Shown here: piece by piece, positions 29,916 to 38,087 of the stretch | Layout: each line of letters begins with the position of its first letter | Numbering within the stretch: position 1 is the stretch's first letter | Assembly: GCA_900556135.1 (NCBI GenBank) | Contig: USNR01000002.1 | Location: 1-61,826 of the forward strand | Reading direction: 5' to 3' | Source of the DNA: an uncultured Clostridium sp. | Lineage (GTDB): Bacteria > Bacillota > Clostridia > TANB77 > CAG-508 | DNA: 61,826 nt | Position numbers and translations under genes: made by a program | Notes under the pieces: model-generated | The model's database searches: none | Told to the model about the DNA's origin: nothing | Seen by the model: only the letters and a program-made list of their open reading frames with translations

Positions 29916-29993
29916 ATGAAAATTGTTGTAAAAAAAGTTCCTAAATTTTTAAGAGGTTTTGTAAAACTAATATTTGGAATTAAAGATGATTAA
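29916..29993 (+). CDS. spoVM: stage V sporulation protein M (25 aa, not in the ORF track)
   Basis: MKIVVKKVPKFLRGFVKLIFGIKDD closely parallels B. subtilis SpoVM (MKFYTIKLPKFLGGIVRAMLGSFRKD, from memory). It lies next to rpmB, as in Bacillus. Confidence 0.75.
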   Translation: MKIVVKKVPKFLRGFVKLIFGIKDD

Positions 29994-30067
29994 ACTACAT
30001 AAGATATTATAAAGACCAAAAAAGCCCATACATTTTTAAAATGTGTGGACTTTAACTATATGCCAGT

Positions 30068-30265
30068 TTATGCTCTTTCAACTTTTCCAGAACGTAAACA
30101 TTTTGCACATACTGGTATTTTTTTTGTTTCACCATTAACAATAGCTCTTACAGTTCTTAAGTTAGCTTGCCAAGTTCTAGAAGCTCTTCTACTAACATGA
30201 GAACGTGCTATACTAATTTTATTTCCATGTGATACAGATTTTTCGCAAATTGCGCACTTTGCCAT
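30068..30265 (-). CDS. rpmB: 50S ribosomal protein L28
   Basis: MAKCAICEKSVSHGNKISIARSHVSRRASRTWQANL. Start set at ATG 30265. Confidence 0.9.
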   Translation of the reverse strand: MAKCAICEKSVSHGNKISIARSHVSRRASRTWQANLRTVRAIVNGETKKIPVCAKCLRSGKVERA

Positions 30266-30444
30266 AATAAATTGCACCTCCTATTGATTTACTAAAAATG
30301 ACTATTACATATGATACCACAAAATATCTAAAAAAACAAGTCTTTTGATTGATTTTTTTCGTTATGCTTATATTTTCTAATAAAAACTATTTTTCTTTCG
30401 TTAACTTTTTCTACTTTTCAATTTATATTTGACGTATTTTTCTT

Positions 30445-31017
30445 TTATATTTTTTCCCAATTACATTTTATATAATCTACAACCTCTTTTTTAGTGTATT
30501 TTTCCATTTCATCATATTTTTTCTGCTTTTCCAATTCTCTTAAAACTCCTGAACGATAATCTTTATATTTTTCTATTTTTAATATTTTTATGTTTTCTTT
30601 ATCTATCTTTACTTCATATTCGTCCCTTGTAAAAACAATCAAATTATAATTATTTAATAAACTTTCTGATTCGTTCCAACTCGGTAATTTAGCAAAATTA
30701 TCAGCTCCCATTATAAAATAATTCTTAGAATCAATATACTTATTGTTTATCTTTTTAATCGCATCTATTGCCTGCATCTTTTCTTTTGTTCCCAGTTCAA
30801 TATCTTCTACTTCTATTTTTTTCTCTCCTACGCACATCAGTTTAAGCATATTATATCTGCATTTTTCATCTTGTAAATCTGGTTTATCATAACTATTACC
30901 AACGGGAACAAAAAACACCTTATCCAGACCAATTTCATCTAATGCCTTTTTTACAATTTCTAAATGTGCATATGTTGGAGGATTAAAACTTCCTCCAAAA
31001 AATCCATACTTTTTCAT
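30445..31017 (-). CDS. nadD: nicotinate-nucleotide adenylyltransferase
   Basis: GFFGGSFNPPTYAHLEI nucleotidyltransferase motif. 190 aa. RBS GAAGGAAG. Confidence 0.88.
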   Translation of the reverse strand: MKKYGFFGGSFNPPTYAHLEIVKKALDEIGLDKVFFVPVGNSYDKPDLQDEKCRYNMLKLMCVGEKKIEVEDIELGTKEKMQAIDAIKKINNKYIDSKNYFIMGADNFAKLPSWNESESLLNNYNLIVFTRDEYEVKIDKENIKILKIEKYKDYRSGVLRELEKQKKYDEMEKYTKKEVVDYIKCNWEKI

Positions 31018-31203
31018 AAAATTACTTCCTTCTCTTATATTTCATTCACTTATAAATCGTAGTTTTTTTCTCTTTTCAAACTAAATATTAACATTTTTTT
31101 TGCATATTGTAAAGAAAATCATTCTTAAGCCTTGCAAAATCCTATTTTTCGTGATACAATAATACGCGTTAATGAATTAGTTACATAAAGGGAGGTGCAA
31201 AAC

Positions 31204-31470
31204 ATGCCAAATATTAAATCAGCAATAAAACGTGTTAGCGTAATTGAAAAGAAAACTGCAAGAAATAATATGATTAAATCTGGATATAAATCAGCTGTAA
31301 AGAAATTTGAACAAGCCGCTGCTGCAGGTAATGTAGAAGAAGCTACAACTTTATTCTCTGCTGCAACAAAGAAAATAGATCAAGCTTGTACAAAAGGTGT
31401 TTTAGTAAAAAACACAGCTGCTAGAAAAAAATCTTCTTTAGCAAAGAAATTAAATGCTATAAGTAAATAA
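31204..31470 (+). CDS. rpsT: 30S ribosomal protein S20
   Basis: MPNIKSAIKRVSVIEKKTARN. ATG at 31204 follows GGAGGTG. Confidence 0.9.
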   Translation: MPNIKSAIKRVSVIEKKTARNNMIKSGYKSAVKKFEQAAAAGNVEEATTLFSAATKKIDQACTKGVLVKNTAARKKSSLAKKLNAISK

Positions 31471-31506
31471 TTAAGTAATAAAAAATTGTGCACAGTTTTT
31501 TATTGC

Positions 31507-31534
31507 AAAGCTCGCTTTTCAGCGGGCTTTTTTA
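31507..31534 (+). terminator. intrinsic terminator of rpsT
   Basis: AGCTCGCT-TTTC-AGCGGGCT followed by TTTTTT. Confidence 0.7.
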
Positions 31535-31614
31535 TATTCCTAAATCTTCCATGTTAATCTTATTAGAAATATGATATTATATAATTAACGTTAGCACATA
31601 GGAGGATATTACAT

Positions 31615-31887
31615 ATGATAAAAAACATAAAGAAAGTATTAAACTTATTCAATTCAACAAGTTTAAAGAGCTCTATAAAAAGAACTATGCAAATTGGTAT
31701 CAGTTCATCTTTTGTTTTACTTTTATTTTCTACATTGCTATTTGCTTTATACATAGAATTCCATTTTCCTAACTTCTTATATGAAATAGGAGCCACTCTA
31801 TTTAAGAGTTCAAGTATGTTCATTGCATTTTTCATCATTTATGGAATCAGTTTTAATAAAATAGCAAATGATTTTAATTTAAAATAG
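31615..31887 (+). CDS. hypothetical 90-aa membrane protein
   Basis: AGGAGG lies 9 nt before the ATG at 31615. Two hydrophobic segments. Preferred over the overlapping minus-strand ORF 31563..31838, which lacks an RBS. Confidence 0.5.
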   Translation: MIKNIKKVLNLFNSTSLKSSIKRTMQIGISSSFVLLLFSTLLFALYIEFHFPNFLYEIGATLFKSSSMFIAFFIIYGISFNKIANDFNLK

Positions 31888-31992
31888 TTATTATATTTTT
31901 GTGCAATAATTTTTATTTATTAGAAAATTTTTCTTACCTTTATACTAAAAAACAAAGTTTAATAAAACTTAATTTATTAAACTTTGTTTTTT

Positions 31993-32481
31993 TTAATATG
32001 TTGTTTGCCCACTTAATAACTCATCATTGTCAATCCAATCTTGAACTTCAATTCTCTGGTATTTATCTTTATCTATTCTAACTATTACCTCTTTTATACC
32101 AGAATTTATTATCATTTTTCTACACATTAAGCAAGGTGAAGCCCCTTCTTCATACACACCTTTTTCCCTATATCCACATAAATATAAAGTAGAACCTATC
32201 ATATCTTTTCTGGCTGCACTTATTATTGCATTTTGCTCACTGTGAACTGATCTACACATATCATAACCACCATGACGTGTGTCTGGTAAATATTGTTTCT
32301 TCGTGCAATATCCTAAGTCCATACAATTCTTTCTGCCTCTAGGAGCCCCACTATATCCTGTAGAAATTATTTCATCATTATTTACTATAACTGTTCCGTA
32401 TTTTTTTCTTAAACATGTAGATCTTTCTGCAACAGCTTCGGCTATATTTAAATAATAATTTATTTTATCTATTCTCTCCAT
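31993..32481 (-). CDS. comEB: dCMP deaminase (ComEB-type)
   Basis: HSEQNAIISAA and PCLMCRKMIINSGI zinc-binding motifs. 162 aa. Confidence 0.82.
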   Translation of the reverse strand: MERIDKINYYLNIAEAVAERSTCLRKKYGTVIVNNDEIISTGYSGAPRGRKNCMDLGYCTKKQYLPDTRHGGYDMCRSVHSEQNAIISAARKDMIGSTLYLCGYREKGVYEEGASPCLMCRKMIINSGIKEVIVRIDKDKYQRIEVQDWIDNDELLSGQTTY

Positions 32482-32498
32482 AACACTTTACCTTATTT

Positions 32499-33950
32499 CT
32501 ATTTTTTTAACTCTTCTATAAACATTTTGTTAAGCATTTGTGGATTAGCCTTTCCTTTTGTTTGTTTCATTGCTTGTCCTACTAAAAATCCTAAAGCTTT
32601 ATCTTTACCTGCTTTATAATCTGCTATTGATTGTGGATTTTCGCTTAGTACTTTTAATACTACTTCTTTTATTGCTCCTTCATCTGATATCTGTATCCAG
32701 CCTTTTTCTTTTATAATCTCTTCTGGATCTTTTGTATTTTCCTTTTCTCCTGTAAATAATTCTTCTATTACTTTCTTTCCTATTGCTGAACTAATAGTTC
32801 CTTTATCAATTAGCATCACTAGCTTTGCCAATTCTTTTCCTGTAAAAGGAATATTTTCTGGCTCTAGTTCTTCTTCATTTAATATACGTGAAATATCAGA
32901 TAATATCCAGTTTGCTACTGCCTTTGCATTTTTACATTCTTTTTCTGCTGCTTCAAACAAATTAGACAAATATTTTGAAGCTGTTAGTAATCTAGCATCT
33001 TTTTCAGATAGTTTAAATTCATTCATATATCTTGCTTTTCTACTCTCTGGTAGTTCAGGCAGATTTTTCTTTATATTTTCTACATATTCATCTGATAATC
33101 TAATTGCAACTAAATCTGGATCTGGGAAATATCTATAATCCTGAGCATCCTCTTTATCTCTCATAGAAAATGTTCTGCCAGATACATCATCCCACCTTAA
33201 TGTTTCTTGTTCTATTACTCCTCCATCTTCTATTACCTCAATCTGTCTTGAAACTTCATATTCAATTGCTCTTGAAATAGATTTAAAAGAGTTCATGTTT
33301 TTCATTTCAGTACGCGTTCCATAAGGTGTTCCTGGTTTGTGAACAGATACGTTAACATCAGCTCTTAAAGACCCTTCTTGCATTTTACAATCAGATACTT
33401 CTATATACTCTAATGTTGATTTTAATTTTCGTAAATATTGGTCAGTCTCTTTTGATGACCTAATATCTGGTTCTGAAACTATTTCTATTAAAGGAACTCC
33501 AGCTCTATTTAAATCAACTAAGCTTCCTCCACCAAATTCATTATGATTTAACTTTCCAGCATCTTCTTCTATATGAATTCTTAGAATTCTTATTTGCTTC
33601 TTCTCTCCATTTTCATCTTCAATTTCTATATAACCATTATTGCAAAGAGGTTTATCAAACTGTGATATCTGATATGATTTTGGTAAATCTGGATAAAAAT
33701 AATTTTTTCTATCATTCTTACTATCTCTAGCAATAGAGCAATTAGTTGCAAGTCCTGCCTTTACTGCATATTCCACAACTTTTTCATTTAAAACAGGAAG
33801 TGTTCCTGGCATAGCCATACAAACAGGGCAAGTATGCGCATTTGGTGCAGCACCAAACTCTGTAGGACAACTACAAAATATCTTAGTTTTTGTTGAAAGT
33901 TCTGCATGAACTTCAAGTCCTATTACAACTTCATAATCTTCTTTTGACAT
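32499..33950 (-). CDS. gatB: Asp-tRNA(Asn)/Glu-tRNA(Gln) amidotransferase subunit B
   Basis: 483 aa. VIGLEVHAELSTKTKIFC. C-terminal YqeY-like tail. Confidence 0.95.
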   Translation of the reverse strand: MSKEDYEVVIGLEVHAELSTKTKIFCSCPTEFGAAPNAHTCPVCMAMPGTLPVLNEKVVEYAVKAGLATNCSIARDSKNDRKNYFYPDLPKSYQISQFDKPLCNNGYIEIEDENGEKKQIRILRIHIEEDAGKLNHNEFGGGSLVDLNRAGVPLIEIVSEPDIRSSKETDQYLRKLKSTLEYIEVSDCKMQEGSLRADVNVSVHKPGTPYGTRTEMKNMNSFKSISRAIEYEVSRQIEVIEDGGVIEQETLRWDDVSGRTFSMRDKEDAQDYRYFPDPDLVAIRLSDEYVENIKKNLPELPESRKARYMNEFKLSEKDARLLTASKYLSNLFEAAEKECKNAKAVANWILSDISRILNEEELEPENIPFTGKELAKLVMLIDKGTISSAIGKKVIEELFTGEKENTKDPEEIIKEKGWIQISDEGAIKEVVLKVLSENPQSIADYKAGKDKALGFLVGQAMKQTKGKANPQMLNKMFIEELKK

Positions 33951-33984
33951 TGTATTATTCTCCCTTCATCTATTTTTCTACATC

Positions 33985-35457
33985 TTATTTTTTAAACTCT
34001 GGAGCATATTTCTCTCTAAACTTATACTCTTGTTCAAATGTATATGCTGTATTTAATAAAGTTTCTTCTGAAAATCTATCCCCTATTAATTGCATTCCAA
34101 TAGGCATTCCTTGACTATTTACTCCACATGGAATAGAAATTCCTGGAAGTCCTGCTATATTTACAGAAACAGTACAAATATCTGCTAAATACATTTCTAA
34201 CGGATTATTAGACTTTGTTCCTATTTCAAAAGCAACATTTGGAGAGGTTGGCGTTAATAATACGTCATACTTCTCAAACACTCTGTCAAACTCCTTTTTA
34301 ACTAAAGTACGAACAGCCAAAGCCTTTTTATAATATGCATCATAATATCCTGATGATAAAACATATGTACCAAGAATAATTCTTCTTTTTACTTCTTCAC
34401 CAAAACCTTCTGTTCTTGAGTTTTTAAATAATTCTCTTAAATTGCTATAGTCTTTTGCTCTATATCCATAACGTATTCCATCAAATCTACCTAAATTAGA
34501 GCTAGCTTCAGCACAAGCAATTATATAATATGTTGCTAGTGCATATTCTGCGATATCTAAAGAGCATTCTTCAACAATAGCTCCTAATTTTTTATAAGTT
34601 TCTATAGCCTCTTCTAATTTAGCTTTAACCTCCGGATTTATTCCTTCTCCAAAGTACTCTTTTGGAACTCCTATTTTTAGTCCTTTTACATCACTTTTTA
34701 ATGCTTTTGTATAATCAACTTTTGGTCTTTCTATTGATGTTGTATCTTTTTCATCATGTCCTACTATTAAGTTTAATAACATTGCATTATCTCTTACATC
34801 CTTAGTAATAGGTCCAATTTGATCTAATGATGATGCAAAAGCTACAAGACCATATCTTGAAACTAATCCATATGTTGGTTTTAATCCAACAACTCCACAA
34901 AAACTTGCTGGCTGACGAATAGATCCACCAGTATCAGAACCTAAAGCCCATGGCACTTCACAACCTGCAACTGCTGCTGCACTACCACCTGATGAACCAC
35001 CTGGTACAGTTTCCAACTTCCATGGATTATGAGTTTTATGGAACGCTGAATATTCTGTAGATGCTCCCATTGCAAATTCATCCATATTTAGCTTTCCTAA
35101 ATTAATCATTCCTTCATTGTTTATTTTTTCTATAACAGTTGCATCATAAGGTGATACAAAATTCTCTAGCATTTTAGAAGAACATGTTGTTTTCACACCT
35201 TTTGTACAAATATTATCCTTTATTCCAATGGGAATACCTGCAAAACCCGAATTTTCTTTACCTTCTGCTCTTTTGCTATCTATCTCTTCTGCCTTTTTCA
35301 TTGCATCATCTTCTAATGTTGTAACAAAGGCTTGTACATCTGATTCTTTTTCCTTTATTCTATCTGTATATGCCTTTGTAATTTCGACAGACGTTAATTC
35401 TTTATTCTTCAACTTTTCAACAAGTTCATGTACTGTTAAATTAGTAATATCCATCAA
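33985..35457 (-). CDS. gatA: Asp-tRNA(Asn)/Glu-tRNA(Gln) amidotransferase subunit A
   Basis: 490 aa. Amidase signature [12 protein letters not shown]. Confidence 0.95.
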   Translation of the reverse strand: MMDITNLTVHELVEKLKNKELTSVEITKAYTDRIKEKESDVQAFVTTLEDDAMKKAEEIDSKRAEGKENSGFAGIPIGIKDNICTKGVKTTCSSKMLENFVSPYDATVIEKINNEGMINLGKLNMDEFAMGASTEYSAFHKTHNPWKLETVPGGSSGGSAAAVAGCEVPWALGSDTGGSIRQPASFCGVVGLKPTYGLVSRYGLVAFASSLDQIGPITKDVRDNAMLLNLIVGHDEKDTTSIERPKVDYTKALKSDVKGLKIGVPKEYFGEGINPEVKAKLEEAIETYKKLGAIVEECSLDIAEYALATYYIIACAEASSNLGRFDGIRYGYRAKDYSNLRELFKNSRTEGFGEEVKRRIILGTYVLSSGYYDAYYKKALAVRTLVKKEFDRVFEKYDVLLTPTSPNVAFEIGTKSNNPLEMYLADICTVSVNIAGLPGISIPCGVNSQGMPIGMQLIGDRFSEETLLNTAYTFEQEYKFREKYAPEFKK

Positions 35458-35534
35458 AAATCAATCCTTTCAATCTATTGTTCCACTATATTAGTAATTT
35501 CTAATTCTAAATATACTATTACAAACTCATAAAT

Positions 35535-35822
35535 CTAGTTTATAACCTTTGGTATTTTAAACATGTTTCTTTCTTTTTCAGGAGCGTTAGCAAGTAATGC
35601 TTCATTATCTTCGAAAACCTTTATTTCGTCTTTTCTAAACACATTATAATTTTCATTTGCACCTATTGTTCCTTCCAAACCCTCGATTGGTGCTTTGTTT
35701 ACAACATCTGCAAAATTTAAAATGTCTTGCAAATTTGCAATATATTTATCTACTTCGTCATCTTTAATGTTAAGATTTGCAAGTTTTGCAATGTGTAAAA
35801 TTTCCTCTTTACTAACATTCAT
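35535..35822 (-). CDS. gatC: Asp-tRNA(Asn)/Glu-tRNA(Gln) amidotransferase subunit C
   Basis: MNVSKEEILHIAKLANLNIKDDEV. Start set at ATG 35822 after GGAAAGGAA. It is the first gene of gatCAB. Confidence 0.85.
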   Translation of the reverse strand: MNVSKEEILHIAKLANLNIKDDEVDKYIANLQDILNFADVVNKAPIEGLEGTIGANENYNVFRKDEIKVFEDNEALLANAPEKERNMFKIPKVIN

Positions 35823-35855
35823 ACTATTCACATTCCTTTCCGCTATAACCAAAAA

Positions 35856-35889
35856 CGTCCCGTATATAAATTACGCATATACCAGGACG
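35856..35889 (-). terminator. terminator-like hairpin inside the gatCAB 5' leader
   Basis: Minus strand: promoter TTGACA (35934-35929), 17 nt, TATAAT (35911-35906), then CGTCCTGGTATAT...ATATACGGGACG followed by UUUUU (35855-35851), all before the gatC RBS. Confidence 0.45.
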
Positions 35890-35953
35890 AAACTTTATGT
35901 ATGTTATTATATTCGCTTTGCCTTTTTTTGTCAATAGATAATTGGCAAAAGCC

Positions 35954-35982
35954 TTTACATTTCCAGTTTTTTATGCTATACT
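35954..35982 (+). promoter_or_regulatory. sigma-A-type promoter with extended -10 for the 69-aa gene
   Basis: TTTACA (35954-35959), 17 nt, TGcTATACT (-10 at 35977-35982). Followed by the palindrome ATTGGC-N6-GCCAAT at 35992-36009. Confidence 0.55.
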
Positions 35983-36033
35983 AATATTTCAATTGGCAAA
36001 TTGGCCAATATTATATTAAAGGAGTGTTTCTAT

Positions 36034-36243
36034 ATGTTATCAACTCATGTTTTGGCAAGCGAGTCTACTCCTCGCATTGGTCACCCCGTCGTAGCCTTTC
36101 AGGTCGGACGCGAACCCTACAGCATGAAGGTTAGCTGTCAGAAAATCACAACTGTAGATGTTGTAGAGTGTTCAATAGTTGAGGACAATCTGTATCGTAT
36201 TATCGATGCACATGGAAACAGGTACCTTTGTGAAGTAATCTGA
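36034..36243 (+). CDS. hypothetical 69-aa beta-rich protein (5' half about 60% G+C)
   Basis: AAAGGAG lies 9 nt before the ATG at 36034; the tracked ORF starts at TTG 36001. Sequence MLSTHVLASESTPRIGHPVVAFQVGREPYSMKV... Own promoter and terminator. Confidence 0.5.
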   Translation: MLSTHVLASESTPRIGHPVVAFQVGREPYSMKVSCQKITTVDVVECSIVEDNLYRIIDAHGNRYLCEVI

Positions 36244-36262
36244 CATAAAGATTACCTAAGCA

Positions 36263-36312
36263 AAAGCAATAGTTAATTTAACATTCATGTTAAGTTAATT
36301 ATTGCTTTTCTC
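36263..36312 (+). terminator. intrinsic terminator after the 69-aa gene
   Basis: A 20-nt arm AAAGCAATAGTTAATTTAAC (36263-36282) pairs with GTTAAGTTAATTATTGCTTT (36289-36308), then a T-rich tail. Confidence 0.7.
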
Positions 36313-36384
36313 TTATTTCTGGCCAAATTCCAGGCTTCCGTAGATTTTTGTAGTTTTTTGTCGACCATTTGTTTTTTTAATCTC

Positions 36385-36413
36385 TTGCTTTTTTCCAAAT
36401 TTTGTGTTATACT
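36385..36413 (+). promoter_or_regulatory. sigma-A-type promoter with extended -10 in front of the ORF-free structured region
   Basis: TTGCTT (36385-36390), 17 nt, TGtTATACT (-10 at 36408-36413). Predicted start about 36420. Confidence 0.5.
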
Positions 36414-36419
36414 TGTAAT

Positions 36420-36950
36420 CGGTGGTGCATTATTCTAGTAATACACACTAATACGAGGGTGGGGCTAAAAATCCACTAAAGGGCACATCGTTGAAGTTTC
36501 TTGTTTATGCGCGAAATGCCAGTTTTGTGTGTTTTCAGGAAGTAAGATTTTAGGGAAATATGTAATGGCATACATAATTGCTCCCTATCATCGCGGAGAC
36601 TTAAAATAAAATTTTAAGTGTAACCTATGTAGAGTGCCAAGACACAACACATAGTGTAGCCTGTCTTGAGTGATAGTATTGGGATTATATGAATCGTTAT
36701 ATGAAATTGCTATTGCAAAAAAGACTAGTATTAGTTTTATGTATTTCAAGGAAAACTTCTAGGCTGTTTGTTTCAACCATAGAAACATGAAGTTATAAGG
36801 ATTAAGGTACGGATTTAAGTGGCGATCTGGCTTTCTATACAGGATAGAATGTCTACTTTAAAAGGAAACTGCTAATTAGTAATGATTAGTAGTAGATAGA
36901 GAAATTCTGCTAGACCTAAAACCGTAAAATTTACTTGTAATTTTACCATC
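36420..36950 (+). ncRNA. candidate large structured ncRNA (OLE-like by context; class unverified, ends approximate)
   Basis: No ORF of 60 aa or more on either strand across 36244-36991. About 40-43% G+C by hand count, versus about 20% in other spacers. Helices at 36425-36446, 36553-36585, 36600-36618, 36625-36654 and 36924-36946. No terminator before the downstream 4-TM protein gene. Confidence 0.45.
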
Positions 36951-36991
36951 TATAAACACTTTATTTATTAAAGGAGTTTTTTATTTAATTT

Positions 36992-37591
36992 ATGAATCAA
37001 ACTTTAAAAGAAACAAAAAATATAAAAAATAATGAAGTCAAGAAAAGTAATAATAAAGACAAAGCTGATAAATCCAATTTAAAATGGTTTGTCACGGTCT
37101 TTATTACTACTTTTATTTTATCTATTACTTTTTCATTTATTTCAACAAATGCAATAAGTAATTTATCTATATTTCCTGCAATTATAATTTTACTATTAGT
37201 AATTGGTATTGGAATTTTATTTGATATAATTGGTGTTGCAGTTACAGTTGCTGATGAAGATGAATTTCATGCAAAAGCAAGTAAAAAGATTGCTGGTGCA
37301 AAAACCTCTGTAAAACTTATTCGAAATTCAGCCAAAGTTGCTAACTTCTGTGCTGATGTTGTAGGCGATATTTGCGGTGTACTTAGTGGTTCTGTAAGTG
37401 CTCTTATCGCAATTAAAATCATGGAAAGATATAATCTATCTTCTAGTCTCCAATTTATAATTAGTGCATTAGTCGCTTCTGTAACAGTTGGTGGAAAAGC
37501 ATTAGGGAAAAACCTTGCTCAAAAAAAATCCACAAAAATAGTTCATCTTGTAGCCAATGTTTTAAATAAACTGCATCTAAATAAAAATTAA
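36992..37591 (+). CDS. small 4-TM membrane protein (OapA-like by size, topology and position; homology unverified)
   Basis: 199 aa. RBS AAAGGAG. Lys-rich N-terminus, then WFVTVFITTFILSITFSFIS, IFPAIIILLLVIGIGILFDIIGVAVTV, VANFCADVVGDICGVLSGSVSALIAI and LQFIISALVASVTVGG. Confidence 0.6.
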   Translation: MNQTLKETKNIKNNEVKKSNNKDKADKSNLKWFVTVFITTFILSITFSFISTNAISNLSIFPAIIILLLVIGIGILFDIIGVAVTVADEDEFHAKASKKIAGAKTSVKLIRNSAKVANFCADVVGDICGVLSGSVSALIAIKIMERYNLSSSLQFIISALVASVTVGGKALGKNLAQKKSTKIVHLVANVLNKLHLNKN

Positions 37592-37700
37592 AATAGATTT
37601 ATGTAATAATTTTAATATAATAGAATATTTGATAAATTTTTTCTATTATACTTAAAAAATCTAATACAATATTTGAATTTTAGAATTATCTTTAATTTTT

Positions 37701-37727
37701 AAAGGCTTGGATTTAGTCCAAGCCTTT
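37701..37727. terminator. bidirectional intrinsic terminator
   Basis: AAAGGCTTGGA-TTTAG-TCCAAGCCTTT between convergent genes. Confidence 0.75.
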
Positions 37728-37764
37728 ATTAGTTCTTATTGAAATTTTTCAGTTTCGTTCTTAT

Positions 37765-38046
37765 CTAATATAACATTGATACTAGGTATAATCCAATTAT
37801 GCTTATATATATAAATATACATATTGAAATTCCGATTATTCCAGTAATTAATCCCGCTTTTCCAAGTTTGCTTCCCATTGATTTAGCTGTTTTCCATCCA
37901 AATATTATAGCTAAAACTCCTGTTGGTAAACTCATATACCAAAATAGATTTGTTACTATAGATATTATTCCTAATGTTAGTGCGGCTACACACATCCCAG
38001 TTTTATTTTTGTCCTTTGTTTCAACTTTAACCTTCTCTTCTTCCAT
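37765..38046 (-). CDS. small two-TM membrane protein (DUF4190-like)
   Basis: 93 aa. Sequence MCVAALTLGIISIVTNLFWYMSLPTGVLAIIFGWKTAK...GLITGIIGISICIFIYISIIGLYLV. Confidence 0.55.
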   Translation of the reverse strand: MEEEKVKVETKDKNKTGMCVAALTLGIISIVTNLFWYMSLPTGVLAIIFGWKTAKSMGSKLGKAGLITGIIGISICIFIYISIIGLYLVSMLY

Positions 38047-38087
38047 ATGTAAAATCTCCTTTCAAATATTATATTTTTCTATTAAAT

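Noticed and set aside
31563-31838. Minus-strand 91-aa ORF overlapping the plus-strand 90-aa ORF.
   Set aside because: Only the plus-strand ORF has an AGGAGG at proper spacing. The minus-strand ORF has no RBS and would run into the rpsT terminator.
36061-36125. GGGTTCGCGTCC on the minus strand looked like a tRNA T-arm.
   Set aside because: The flanking 5-nt segments (TAGGG/CCGAC) pair at only 2 of 5 positions, and no acceptor, D or anticodon arms can be drawn.
36420-36950. Structured region considered as RNase P RNA, tmRNA, SRP RNA, a group II intron or a T-box/riboswitch for the downstream gene.
   Set aside because: It lacks GAGGAAAGUCC, a tRNA-like GGUUCGA...CCA 3' end, the SRP motif, a GUGYG 5' end with a domain V consensus, and a T-box core with terminator. 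It is also much longer than known riboswitch aptamers and has no terminator before the gene.
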